Assembly: GCF_030684315.1 (NCBI RefSeq)
Contig: NC_081379.1
Location: forward strand, 16,584,637 to 16,648,636
Length of the DNA: 64,000 bases
Source: Stegostoma tigrinum
Lineage: Eukaryota
Direction: 5' to 3'
This document shows positions 24,536-35,987 of the stretch, piece by piece. A model generated the notes under the pieces. It had not been told where the DNA came from. It saw only the letters and a program-made list of their open reading frames with translations, and ran no database searches. The translations under genes and the position numbers were made by a program. The stretch's first letter is position 1; every line of letters starts with the position of its first letter.

Positions 24536-25930
24536 GAGTTTTGAGAAGATTTGTAGCTCAGGTTGAGGTTCTGGATGTGAGTTTGCTCGCTGAGCTGGAA
24601 GGTTCGTTTTCAGATGTTTCGTCACCATTCTAGGTAACATCATCAGTGAGCCTCCGACGAAGCGCTGGTGTTATGTCCCGCTTTCTATTTATCTGGTTAG
24701 GCGTCCTTGGGTTGGTGATGTCATTTCCTGTTCTTTTTCTCAGGGGATGGTAGATTGGCTCCAAGCCAACGTGTTTGTTGATGGAATTCCAGTTGGAATG
24801 CCGTGCTTCTAGGAACTTTCGTGCATGTCTCTGTTTGGCTTGTCCTAGGATGGATGTGTTGTCCCAATCAAAGTGGTGTCCTTCCTCATCTGTATGTAAG
24901 GATATGAGTGATAGTGGGTCATGTCGTTTTGTGGCTAGTTGATGTTCATGTATCCTGGTGGCTAGCTTCCTGCCAGTTTGTCCAATGTAGTGTTTGTCAC
25001 AGTTCTTGCAAGGTATTTTGTAGATGACGTTCGTTTTATTTGTTGTCTGTACAGAGTCTTTTAAGTTCATTTGCTGCTGTTTTAGTGTGTTGGTGGGTTT
25101 GTGGGCTACCCTGATGCCAAGAGGTCCGAGTAGTCTGGCAGTCATTTCGGAAATGTCTTTGATGTAGGGGAGAGTGGTTATAGTTTCTGAGCCCGTTTTG
25201 TCTGTTTGTTTGTTTGGGTTTGTTGCTGAGGAATTGGCGGACTGTGTTCATAGGGTACCCATTCTTTTTGAATGTGCTGTATAGGTGACTTTCCTCTGCT
25301 CTGCGTAGTTCCTCTGTGCTGCAGTGTGTGGTGGCTCGTTGGAATAATGTTCTAATGCAGCTTCGTTTGTGGGTGTTGGGATGGTTGCTCCTGTAGTTCA
25401 GTATTTGGTCCGGATGTGTTGTTTTCCTGTAGACGCTGGTTTGAAGTTCCCCATTGGCTGTTCGCTCTACTGTGACATCTAGGAACGGCAGTTTGTTGTT
25501 GTTTTCCTCCTCTTTTGTGAATGTTATGCCAGTAAAGGGTATTATTGATGGTCTTGAAGGTTTCCTCTAGTTTGTTTTGTTTAGTGATGACAAAGGTGTC
25601 ATCCACACAGCGGACCCAAAGTTTGGGTTGGATGATTGGCAGAGCTGTTTGTTCGAGTCTCTGCGTTACTGCCTCTGCTAAGAACCCTGATATCGGAGAT
25701 CCCATGGGTGTACCGTTGGTTTGTCTGTAGGTTTTGTTATTGAAAGTGAAGTGGGTGGTGAGGCATAGGTCCACTAGCTTGATGATGTTGTCCTTGCTGA
25801 TGAGGTTGGTGGTGTCTGGTGTATGTGTCTTCTGTTCTTCTAATAGTGTAGTCAGTGTTTCTTTGGCCAGGTTGATGTTGATGGATGTGAACAGGGCTGT
25901 TACGTCAAAGGAGACCATTATTTCATCATA
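24536..25930 (-). mobile_element. Penelope-like retroelement (family B), relatively young: RT plus GIY-YIG
   Basis: MVSFDVTALFTSI, QTNGTPMGSPISG, WVRCVDDTF (RT motifs) and NVIYKIPCKNCDKHYIGQTGRKLATRIHEH (GIY-YIG). Confidence 0.92.
24610..24649 (-). ncRNA. Minimal type-I hammerhead ribozyme motif in the Penelope terminal repeat
   Basis: The minus strand reads UCA-CUGAUGA-U-GUUACC-UAGAAU-GGUGAC-GAAAC-AUC-UGA: intact CUGAUGA and GAAA core, a 6-bp stem II, and stem I UCA/UGA. Confidence 0.7.
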
Positions 25931-25999
25931 GGAGTGTTCTCCTAACATCCAGGGGGAAAAGCAGGAACATGGTTTGTGCAAAACCAGACATCAATAATC

Positions 26000-26965
26000 T
26001 GACACTTCCGCCATCTACAATCCGACCCCACCACCCAAGACATTTTTCCATCCCCACCCCTGTCTGCTTTACGGAAAGACCACTCTCTCCGTGACTCCCT
26101 TGTTCGCTCCACACTGCCCTCCAACCCCACCACACCCGGCACCTTCCCCTGCAACCACAGGAAATGCTACACTTGCCCCCACACCTCCTCCCTCACCCCT
26201 ATCCCAGGCCCCAAGATGACTTTCCACATTAAGCAGAGGTTCACCTGCACATCTGCCAATGTGGTATACTGCATCCACTGTACCCGGTGTGGCATCCTCG
26301 ACATTGGGGAAACCAAGCGGAGACTTGGGGACCGCTTTGCAGAACACCTCCGCTCGCTTCGCACTAAACAACTGCACCTCCCAGTCGCAAACCATTTCCA
26401 CTCCCCCTCCCATTCTTTAGATGACATGTCCGTCATGGGCCTCCTGCAGTGCCACAATGATGCCGCCCGAAGGTTGCAGGAACAGCAACTCATATTCCGC
26501 TTGGGAACCCTGCAGCCCAATGGTATCAATGTGGACTTCACCAGCTTCAAAATCTCCCCTTCCCCCACCGCATCCCAAAACCAGCCCAGTTCGTCCCCTC
26601 CCCCCACTGCATCCCAAAACCAGTCCAACCTGTCTCTGCCTCCCTAACTTGTTCTTCCTCTCACCCATCCCTTCCTCCCACCCCAAGCTGCACCCCCATC
26701 TCCTACCTACTAACCTCATCCCACCTCCTTGACCTGTCCGTCTTCCCTGGACTGACCTATCCCCCTCCCTACCTCCCCACCTATACTGTCTCCACCTATC
26801 TTCTTTTCTCTCCATCTTCGGTCCGCCTCCCCCTCTGTCCCTATTTATTTCAGAACCCTCTCCCCATCCCCCTCTCTGATGAAGGGTCTAGGCCTGAAAC
26901 GTCAGCTTTTGTGCTCCTGAGATGCTGCTTGGCCTGCTGTGTTCATCCAGCCTCACATTTTATTA
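26000..26965 (+). mobile_element. Penelope-like retroelement (family A) 3' part
   Basis: FTCTSANVVYCIHCTRCGILDIGETKRRLGDRFAEH (GIY-YIG), pyrimidine-rich 3' UTR and terminal repeat. Confidence 0.9.
26874..26905 (+). ncRNA. Minimal hammerhead-like motif in the Penelope family A terminal repeat
   Basis: CU-CUGAUGA-A-GGGU-CUAG-GCCU-GAAAC-GUC-AG. Confidence 0.6.
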
Positions 26966-27879
26966 GCATTTGGAATGCACTGCCTGCACATGTGGAGAGA
27001 CATTCAAGAGGGCATTGAACAATTACATGCATGAAAATAATGTTCAAACTTATGGTGGGGGGGCTGCAGGGAAATAAAGGTAAAAAGCACAAGTTATAGA
27101 TATAACACAGTGTGGAGCTGGATTAACACAGCAGACCAGGCAGCATCAAAGGTGCAGCAAAACTGATGTTTCAGGTTGGGACCCTTCTGTTTTCTGTTGT
27201 TAAGTCTCCTGCACAGATCACAGGAGAGCTCACATAATGCAGGTTAAATTTTACATTCATTCAAAACAAGCAGAAAGTAAGAGAAATTGTCTGGCTGACT
27301 AAACAGGATTCTGTTTGATATTCTGATCAGAGATAATGGGAACTGCAGATGCTGGAGACTCCAAGATAACAAAGTGTGAAGCTGGATGGACAGATGCTGC
27401 TTGGCCTGCTGTGTTCATCCAGCTTCACACTTTGTTATCTGTTTGATATTCTGATTGGTTCTGTTCAATACATACAGAAAACCATCAACCTTTATACCCC
27501 TGCAATCACATATATTACTTACATTTCATTCTTGTACAAACAGAAATCTTGTATCCTAAGTACTTATTTTATGCTGTGTACAGTAATGTTTAGATTCTCT
27601 AGTCTGTTCCCGAGAATAATAAAGAATTAAAAGTTCCTCTCCAGCCATTTCTGGGTACTCAAAGCCCGCTAAAAATTGCCTTCCTGTTCTGTGCTGTCAT
27701 GTGCCATCCCACTAATGTTGCCTCACCCCGTTTCGTGACATTTTCTTCAAGCTGCACTGCAATTGTCATTTGAAGAGCTGGTGTAGGCACATTGGACATA
27801 ATGGCCTCTTCTCATGCTTCTTCATTTTGTAGTCTGGTGTCAGCGAAACGCATTCCCTAAACAAAGGGCAGTGCAAAAT

Positions 27880-28099
27880 ACAGTAAGGGACAAACACCAC
27901 TGAACCCGAGCCCTCGATGAACAGTTTAGCCACTATCCCCTCCACAGCCTTCGTCTTCAAACCTATTGGCGTTTCAAACCCGTGACGCTTGCGCACAAGC
28001 CGCAGGGATTAGTCGGTCACCGTCCACCACGTGACTGGGACTCCAGTACCCAGAAGGCGCTGTTCGACCGGATGCAGCGGTTACCAAGGAGCTGTTGTC
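27880..28099 (+). promoter_or_regulatory. CpG-island promoter / 5' UTR of ACYP1
   Basis: CpG-dense DNA from about 27880 to 28560 against a CpG-poor background. Motifs: inverted CCAAT (ATTGG about 27965), TGACGC, TGCGCA (NRF1-like) and E-box CACGTGAC at 28028-28035. Confidence 0.65.
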
Positions 28100-28405
28100 A
28101 TGTCGTCCGGTGGTGAAGGCCCGCTGCTGTCGCTGGATTTTGAAGTGTTTGGCAAAGTGCAGGGAGTTTTCTTCCGGAAATATACGCAGAAAGAGGCGAA
28201 GCGGCTTGGCCTGGCTGGATGGGTGGAGAACACGGAGCAGGGGACAGTGCGAGGCCAGCTGCAGGGAGCCGAGGAGCCGGTCCGGGCCATGCAAACCTGG
28301 CTGCGCCGTACAGGTAGCCCCAAGTCCCGGATAGACAGAGCGGAGTTCAGCAACCAGAAGCGAATCCAGCGCCGGGAGTACCCCGACTTCCAGATCATCA
28401 AGTAA
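28100..28405 (+). CDS. ACYP1: Acylphosphatase-1 (101 aa), intronless
   Basis: MSSGGEGPLLSLDFEVFGKVQGVFFRKYTQKEAKRLGLAGWVENTEQGTVRGQLQG...GSPKSRIDRAEFSN...YPDFQIIK. Carries the acylphosphatase signatures GKVQGVFFR (catalytic Arg) and GWVxN (catalytic Asn). GKVQGVFFRK, GQLQG, GSPKS and DFQI match ACYP1 rather than ACYP2. Confidence 0.93.
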   Translation: MSSGGEGPLLSLDFEVFGKVQGVFFRKYTQKEAKRLGLAGWVENTEQGTVRGQLQGAEEPVRAMQTWLRRTGSPKSRIDRAEFSNQKRIQRREYPDFQIIK

Positions 28406-29919
28406 CCGGAGGCGGGGCTCTGTCAGCCCGAGAGTCACGGAGAGGATCCAGTCCGGCTTGGGAGTTGCTCGGTTCCGCTCTGATTCCAACCGCTTACGGA
28501 GTTCTGTTAGAAACGGAATCAGCCACTGTCAACCTGGAACCAGCCTCGCTGGGAATCAACCTCTCTCAAAAGTTCGCCGATAACCTTTAGTCCGGATGTT
28601 GAGGGTCTTTGTGGTTTATGTTCAATGTTTCCGGACAGTATTTCAAGTAGGTCCGCATTTGTCTTCGATGTTTTCTCCCTGTTCTTGTGTTCTTTTTCAT
28701 GGAGGTTGGATGATGGTGAGTGGGGTTGATGTCCGGTTCTTGCCACCGTGGTCAGATCTGTAGCAACATTCCTATCAACAAACCAGAACGACCTCCAAAT
28801 TTGGAGTTCCTTCCGAACCGACCTGAGATGTTTTTGAAGGCTCACGTTTTCCCATCTGTTGTAAGATTTGTTTGTCTGAATTGTCAAACTGAAAAGAGTA
28901 CTACGGTAAATAAGGTACATAGGCGTGAGTTTTTTTTAAGTTCAACTGAAAAGCTCGCTTCTGCGTTTTCATTATTTTCATGTGAAAGGATTCAATTTTG
29001 AGTCTAAACTTAAAGCAAAATGGCATTTTCGTAAAAGTGGTCTTGGTTAGAGAGCCTCCTAAGTGTGTTGCTAGACCGGTACTTCGCACCACTGCGTACT
29101 TTGTGCAGTTAAAGTGAGAGTTAATACAAAACAACATTCAGATTTAAAGGAGGTGCGGCCCCTGCAGTGAGATATTAAACAAACGTTCTATTCCACTGTT
29201 CCTGCACTTCAGGAACAACCCATTGGTAATAACACAGTGACGACCACTAAGAGGTTCTGGCGACAGATCTAACGTTAAACTTCCATGATCATTTTCCCAA
29301 CTTCTGTTACTGACAAGATAATAAAATGTGAGGCTGGATGAACACAGCAGGCCAAGCAGCATCTCAGGAGCACAAGGTGCTGCTTGGCCTGCTGTGTTCA
29401 TGCAGCCTCACATTTTATTATCTTGGAATTCTCCAGCATCTGCAGTTCCCATTATTTCTGTTACTGACAAGTTGCCTTGCACAAAATTGCTGACATACTT
29501 CGCCTCAACCAGTGCAAAATAATCTATTGCATGTGAAGTGGTTTTCTTTAAAACATTTAATGTTATGGTCTAGTTCAAATATTTAGATCTGCCACAATTA
29601 AAGTGCCACTGTTTTGCAAAGTTTTATGTAAAGTTGAACACTGTAACAAAACTGATTTCACAACATTCTGAAATAAAGTTATTCTGCATTACACATTCTG
29701 AATCACAATATTTCAGGCTCAATTCATTTGTGTCTGCACTAAGTGGGAATTACAAGGAAAATAAAGCATCTTCATTGTCTGAAAGCTCTTAACTAGAGCC
29801 TAATTTCTGGAAAAAAGTCAATAGTTTCACAGTCACATGGCACAGTTGCAATTACTAGTTGAAGATGGGAGTTACAGCTCGAACTGCTTGCTTTGAATTC
29901 TGAGAATAGTTCTGTGGAG

Positions 29920-30690
29920 CCTGTTATAAAGGAGAGCATTTAGAAATACATTTACATAATCATGCAGAGATAGCATAATGGAAAAATCATGCCTAACAAA
30001 TTTATTAGCATTCTCTGAGGAGATAACATGCAGGATAGATAAAGTGAAATAAGCAAATGTAATATATTTGGTTTTCCAGAAGGAGCTTGAAATGTTACCA
30101 TTGTTTTAGGCTACTTTACAAGATAAGACCCTATGTTACCGGATGTAGGATGTTAGTTTGGGTTCAGAATTGGCTAACTAATAGAAGACAGAGTTGGGAT
30201 GTGGAGACATTTTAAGGGGTGATAATTTGTATCCCATAGAGTGCAACAGGATCAGTGATGAGGCCACAATTATTTACAATATGAATTAATGACTTGGATG
30301 AGGAAAATGAATGTAGGCAGCTTTTCAGGAGGGAAAAAAATAGATGGAAAGGCAAATGTTAAGGATGACACAATGCACTGGGGTAAAGACTAGTTGAGTG
30401 AGTGGGCAAAGCCTTAGCAGATGGAATAGAATGTGGGAAAATATGAGGTTATGCACTTGCAGGAAGAATAGAGGAGCTGAATATTATTTAAATGGAGAAA
30501 TATTGCAGTAGGCTTCAGCACAGGGATTTAGGAGTCCTTGCACATAAATCTCAAAGATCAGGTAATAGGGAAGGCAAAGGGAATGTTGGTCTCTAAAGGG
30601 AATGGAGTATAAAATAGGGAAGACCTAATAAAACCTTACAAGGTACTAGTCAGACCACAGCTGGAATACTGTGAACAGTTTTGAACCTGT
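29920..30690 (+). mobile_element. Old CR1 RT fragment
   Basis: Degenerate GKSCLTNL, QGSVMRPQLFTIYMNDLD and LVRPQLEYCEQF motifs. Confidence 0.7.
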
Positions 30691-31639
30691 TTTGGGTAAA
30701 TTGCCACAAGTTACCTCTAATTCAGGTACTTATTAAGAAATCTCACAGGCAATCAAATACTGAAACAATGATTTAAACTTTATCGCATGTAGCAACTAAA
30801 ATAACCTGAAGTGAGCAAGTTAAGCCTTACAATGCAATCTTGCTATTACCTGATTATTGGTGGAATTAAGCTACAGTCTCAATACAGTATTTGTCTCTGA
30901 AAGTGTCCAGGGTTCGATCCATATGTAAAGCGGTTGTCTCGAGTTATATTAAAGAGGGAGTTCTGGTGTTGGATTCTTATACAGATTCTTGTCCTTCAGG
31001 TCTGTGTGATATTATTGATTTTTTTAAAGGCCTTTCATCCAAATTACTGCAAGTCTGCGGCTTGCCTTATCAGAAATAGCTTCCCTGTTCTTTCTTACAT
31101 TTGGCATTGACTATTTGAAGGCACAGCTTTCTTTTGATTGCCATGCTGAAGAATTTAAGCAGTTAATCAGTTGTCATTATGGCATAAAGCAGCCAGTCAT
31201 CAAGCGGTCAAGACAGTTTTCTTCATGTAGTTTCGACTCCTATGCATGGCAAATTGCTTTCAACTCCTGTGTACGATTGTTCTTGTCGCTAATAATTTAT
31301 TCCAATGAGAGGTATTGCTGCTACTTTCTGTGTGTAACAGTTTATTTTCTGTTGATTCATTCAATCCATGAACAGTTATTAAAGTTCTGAAGTTTGTAAA
31401 TATCACAGCCCCACCTCTTTGTTCATAATTTTAATATGATGACCAAACACTAGTAATTAGCCATTTTCCACCATAATTGGTCTATATCGAGGCTAAGTTG
31501 CTACAGCATTTTGATATTGTAGACTTCAGAACTTTTATTTAGTAACTGCTCATAGTTTGAATGAGTCGACAAAGGTAAACTGTTAAACACGGAAAGAATC
31601 AGTAATAGCTCTGTCTGGAATTAATTATTAAAGGACAAG

Positions 31640-32862
31640 GACAGTGGAGAAAGTGGAAAGGAAACCAGGGAACAATAGATTGGTGAGCCTGATGTGTGGG
31701 TAAGTTGTTTGAAGGGATTTTGAAGGAAAGAATGTATATGTATTTGGAAAACCGAAGACTGATTAGGGATAGTCAACATGGCTTTGTGCATGGGAAATCA
31801 TGTCTCGCGAAGAAGATTTATGAAGGCAGATTGGTGGATGTAGTCTACATGGACTTCAGTAAAGGTCTGACAAGGAGATGCATGGTAGACTTGTTAGCAA
31901 AGTTACATCAGGGAGAACCAGCCATTTGGATACAAAGATAGCAGGAACTGCAGATGCTGAAGAAGATCATTTCTGAAGAAGGTTCTAGGCCCGAAACATC
32001 AACTTTCCTGCTCCTCTGCTGCTGTTTGGCCTGCTGTGTTCATCCAGCTCTGCACCTTGTTATCACATTTGGATACAAAATTGGCTCAAAGGTAGGGGAC
32101 AGTTGGTGACAGTGGACAGTTGGTTTTCAGACTGATCGATGATCAGTGATGTGCAGCAAAGATCGGTGCTGGGTCCATTGCTTTATGTCATTTATATAAA
32201 TGATTTGGATGTGAATATAGCAGGTATGGTTAGTAAGTTTGCACATGACACTAAAATTGGTGATGTAATCGACAGTGAAAAAGTTTACCTCAGAGTACAA
32301 CAGGACATTGATCAAGCAGGCAGTTAATGCTAGGGTCCTGGAGAGTGTTGCTGAACAAAGAAACCAAGGGGTGTTGGTGCATAATTCTTTGAAAATGGAG
32401 CTGCAGTTAGAGTGGTGAAGAAGGCATTTGGCACGCTTGTCTTTATTGGTCAAAACGTTGAGTATAGGCATCGGGACATCGTGTTGCGGTCACTTTTAGA
32501 ATATTGCATACAATTCTGCTTGCCCTCCTATAGGAAAGATGTTAAACTTGATAGATGTGGAAAAGATTTGCAAGGATATTGCTGGGACTGGAGGTTTTGA
32601 TGTCTAGGGAGAGGCTGAATAGGCTGGGGTTTTCTTCCCTGGAGAGTCAGAGGCTGTATGGAATGAGTTGCCAAAGGAAATGGTTGAGGTGGATGCAATT
32701 ACAACATTTAAAAGGCACCTGGATGGGAATATGAATAGGAAGACTTTAGAGGGATATGGGCCACATACTGGCAAATGGGACTAGCTCAGGGTGGGGTGTC
32801 TGGTCGCCACAAACTAGTTGGACTGAAGGGTCTGTTTCCATGCTGTATGACTCTATGATTCT
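31640..32862 (+). mobile_element. CR1 ORF2 3' fragment with a nested Penelope terminal-repeat insertion (31937-32065)
   Basis: SQHGFVHGKSCL, VYMDFSK, SVLGPLLYVIYINDLD, SKFAHDTK. The insertion is flanked by a catttggatacaaa duplication. Confidence 0.8.
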
Positions 32863-33451
32863 AAATGCAGATAAAGCTAAGAGGTAATTTCATACCAGAG
32901 GTGCCACATTGAAAATCATTTTTATGCAATAAATAGCATTTTCAAATACAATGCATGATAAGGGGGCAGATATAGTTCAAATAGGAGCCTTCAAACAGCA
33001 GTTGGATAAGCACTTTAAGAAGAAAGGAAATTTCAGGAATATGGAGAAACAACAGCCATAGGACAAACAGGGTTGTCTTCGTTAAGGGCCGGTGCAGGGC
33101 TGAATGGCAGCTTCTAATTCTATGATTTGATGAATTTCAAATTTTATTTTACTGTTACTACAAGTACATTTCAAAGATAACTCTAGTAGTTATTTCTACA
33201 ATATTATTAAAAGCCATATGAAGAGCAAAGTTTTTGTTTAAAATAAAAAACACTGACTTTAACTGAATAATACAAAGGAGAACAGAGTAATTAATACTTA
33301 ATATTGGCACAGACAACTATTTCAGGGTATCAGTGTTGTACGTATCTGGTCTTTTGGCTGCTATTGCAGGAGATTGCTGTATTACTGCTGATCAGATGGT
33401 GTTGGGATTATGAAGGATTTAGCTCAAATGGAACAGATTTCTCTACTAGCT

Positions 33452-33569
33452 ATGTCTCTGTATTCTTCTCTGCCTCATAATATCAGTCAGAATCTGACTA
33501 ATTTCACTGGACCTCTTTTCATCAGCAATAAAACTCAAGACTGTGGCAATGGACATAACATTATTTCAG
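33452..33569 (+). CDS. TMEM17: Transmembrane protein 17 (tmem17a-like), coding exon 1
   Basis: ATG...TCAG|gtaagt, phase 1. MSLYSSLPHNISQNLTNFTGPLFISNKTQDCGNGHNIIS resembles the TMEM17 N-terminus (LP...L.NF...F..N.T). In-frame upstream ATGs at 33410 and 33428 make the start uncertain. Confidence 0.78.
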
Positions 33570-34768
33570 GTAAGTCACACGAGCAGAAATTGCAAATTTA
33601 CACCTGTAGTAACTGGTAATAACACAAAATAAGATAGGTTTGCTGAAGGAGTTTCCATGCACAGTCCTAGCAATAACCCAGACTGACAAACATGGCAATT
33701 TAACAGGGAACTCCCACAAAATCTTGGCAATAATCCAAAGGTCTATGACAGCATATGTTGTGCCGGAAAATGCAACACCAGCTGAAATGCAGATTGCATC
33801 TACTATCAGAAACTCCAATGCAAGTGACAGAAGTATGAATCCAAAGAGTTAAAAGGACAATATGGCAAATTAAATTACTTAGATCATCAAAATTTGAACA
33901 GCTTAATATAACGACCCCAGAGGTGCAAATGACCCAAGGACCTATAAATTTCACGCTAACATTTAGCATGAGAGCTTTAAGATAGTACAGATAATTCTAG
34001 CTTTTTTTTAAAACTGTTAAATACAAATTCTGTGAAGCTTTACACGGATATTTTAAAATGGACGATGTGGATTAAACACAAATTTATAACTAAAACAAAA
34101 GGAACTCCTTGCATTTCTGAAAAGCCTTTCATATGGGTCAGGAGCAGACAGGTTGGACTAGTTTAGTTTGGGATTATGGTCTGCTTGGACTGAAGGGTCT
34201 GTTTCTGTGCTGTATGACTGTCTCAAAATTTTTAACTGCCAATTATCTAGTTTTGAAGTGTAGATGATATTTTGTTTTGCACAAATGGCAAATGATATTT
34301 GTCTCATTCATGTGCTTCTGATTAAGGAATGAAAGGTCCACACCATCTAACAAAAATAGATGTATAGTGTGTCGGTTAATTTAGAAAGTTTTCAAAATGT
34401 GTTAACAGTAAGTAATGCTATGACATTTGGCAGAAAGTACTATAGGGGCCTTTTACTTCAAACTAAAAAAATTTTAACCAGCACACTTGATTTTTTTTTG
34501 TTTATCTTCCATATGCCTTAATTGAATGGGATTGGTTGTGAAAGCTGTTAAATGGTTTCAGACCCCAGGAACAGTATAAAAAACTTTTGTTTGTGTTAAT
34601 GGCTGCTGGACATTTTCACCACTTTCTTCCTTGGTAACACCTCATTGAGTATAATTACGTGGAATAATGTGTTCACATTTACAGCTAAAATGATCTTGGT
34701 TCTGTAACTACTAATTATCACAATAAAAATGTTTAATAATTCACCCAGTTGAGTTTTTGTGTTAATAG

Positions 34769-34872
34769 CTAATGAGATGGTGTCCAGCTTACCTTTCCAG
34801 ATGACACTGTATTTCAATGTCGTCTTCTTTCCATTCTGGTGGACATCAGAAGTGACCATGCTTCAACTTAAG
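34769..34872 (+). CDS. TMEM17: TMEM17 exon 2
   Basis: aatag|CT ... AAG|gtaagc. ANEMVSSLPFQMTLYFNVVFFPFWWTSEVTMLQLK vs human NEMVSSLALQMSLYFNTYYFPLWWVSSIMMLHMK (recalled). Confidence 0.93.
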
Positions 34873-35873
34873 GTAAGCATTTGTTGTGAGGCTCTGTTGA
34901 CACTCCTTTGTCAACCATTGAGAAAGACACAAGTGGGATTTCTGGCAGGACTCAAAGGAAAGAATCTAGTTAACAGCGAACAAAGTCCATGAACTCATCT
35001 ACAGCAATATCTCTTGATAAAAACAGGGCGCTTGGCCTCGAAAAGATAAGTGAGATGGGGTGTGCATTTTATAGCTAATATTCAGATTTACTTAAGATCT
35101 TCAAGGTGGCAACAAAGTATGTTGCATCGCGTATCAAGAGACAGATCAAACTTCCATTCTGAATTCGCAAGCATAACTAATACAGCCTACAAGGACAGCT
35201 TAGATATAACTCAGTAAGAGAAAGTCACGATTAGTAAAACAGTGGTGAAGCAATTAGTTCCAGCTGACAGAAAGGTTTGGAGGAAACAAATTGGAATGGT
35301 GGGAGGAATCAAGTTGGAAATTGGGAAATGGGTTGACATGTGATCAAGGAGACAGTAAGGACTACAGATGCTAGGACCCAGCATCAATAAACATAGAGCT
35401 GGACAAACAGAGCAAGTCAGACAGTATCAGATAAACAGGATAGTCAACATTTCAGGCCAAAACCCTTCGTTAGGGCTGGGGTGAAGGGTTCTGGCCAGAG
35501 CATTGACTTCCCTGCTCCCCTGATGCTGTCTCGTCTGCTGTGTTTGCCCAGTTCCACATGTATTCTCATGTGATCAAGTTGGAGAGAGCTTATTAGGAGA
35601 GTGCCAAGCTTAGGTTGGTAAACACTGAAATTTGTGAAGCTAACAATGGAATGCCTTAATTTGTTCTACTGCAGACATATAATACTAAGTACATGATAAT
35701 TAGTTATTAGTATACTCTACTAATTAATGTAGAACTATCTATATTTCTCATTTTTGCAGTTAAAATTAAATAAGATTTTCTCCTCAACTCTAATTAATAG
35801 ATCACGTTGAATTATGTTGAATAGTCGTGTACTGACTTGAGCTCCGGCTCTCTTCATCTCCTCCCTGGTACAG

Positions 35874-35987
35874 TATAGCTTATTACCAGAATACTACCAG
35901 TGGCTGCTTTTGATGGTTGTGATAATTCTCGCATTAATTGAATGTGTCCGACTTTTTCTGGGATACGTGGGAAATTTGCAGGAAAAG
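35874..35987 (+). CDS. TMEM17: TMEM17 exon 3
   Basis: Polypyrimidine tract...tacag| ... AAG|gtaagt. Encodes YSLLPEYYQWLLLMVVIILALIECVRLFLGYVGNLQEK with the family motif RLxLGYxGNLQEK. Confidence 0.95.

Noticed and set aside
28080-28092. RFX X-box-like GTTACCAAGGAGC, attractive because TMEM17 is a ciliary gene
   Set aside because: Only the first half-site matches; too weak to call without conservation data.
28031-28099. N-terminal extension of ACYP1 in the ORF track
   Set aside because: It starts at a GTG inside the E-box; the ATG at 28100 gives the standard ~100-aa protein.
27974-28489. 171-aa and 106-aa minus-strand ORFs over ACYP1
   Set aside because: Antisense shadows of a GC-rich CDS; no recognisable domain.
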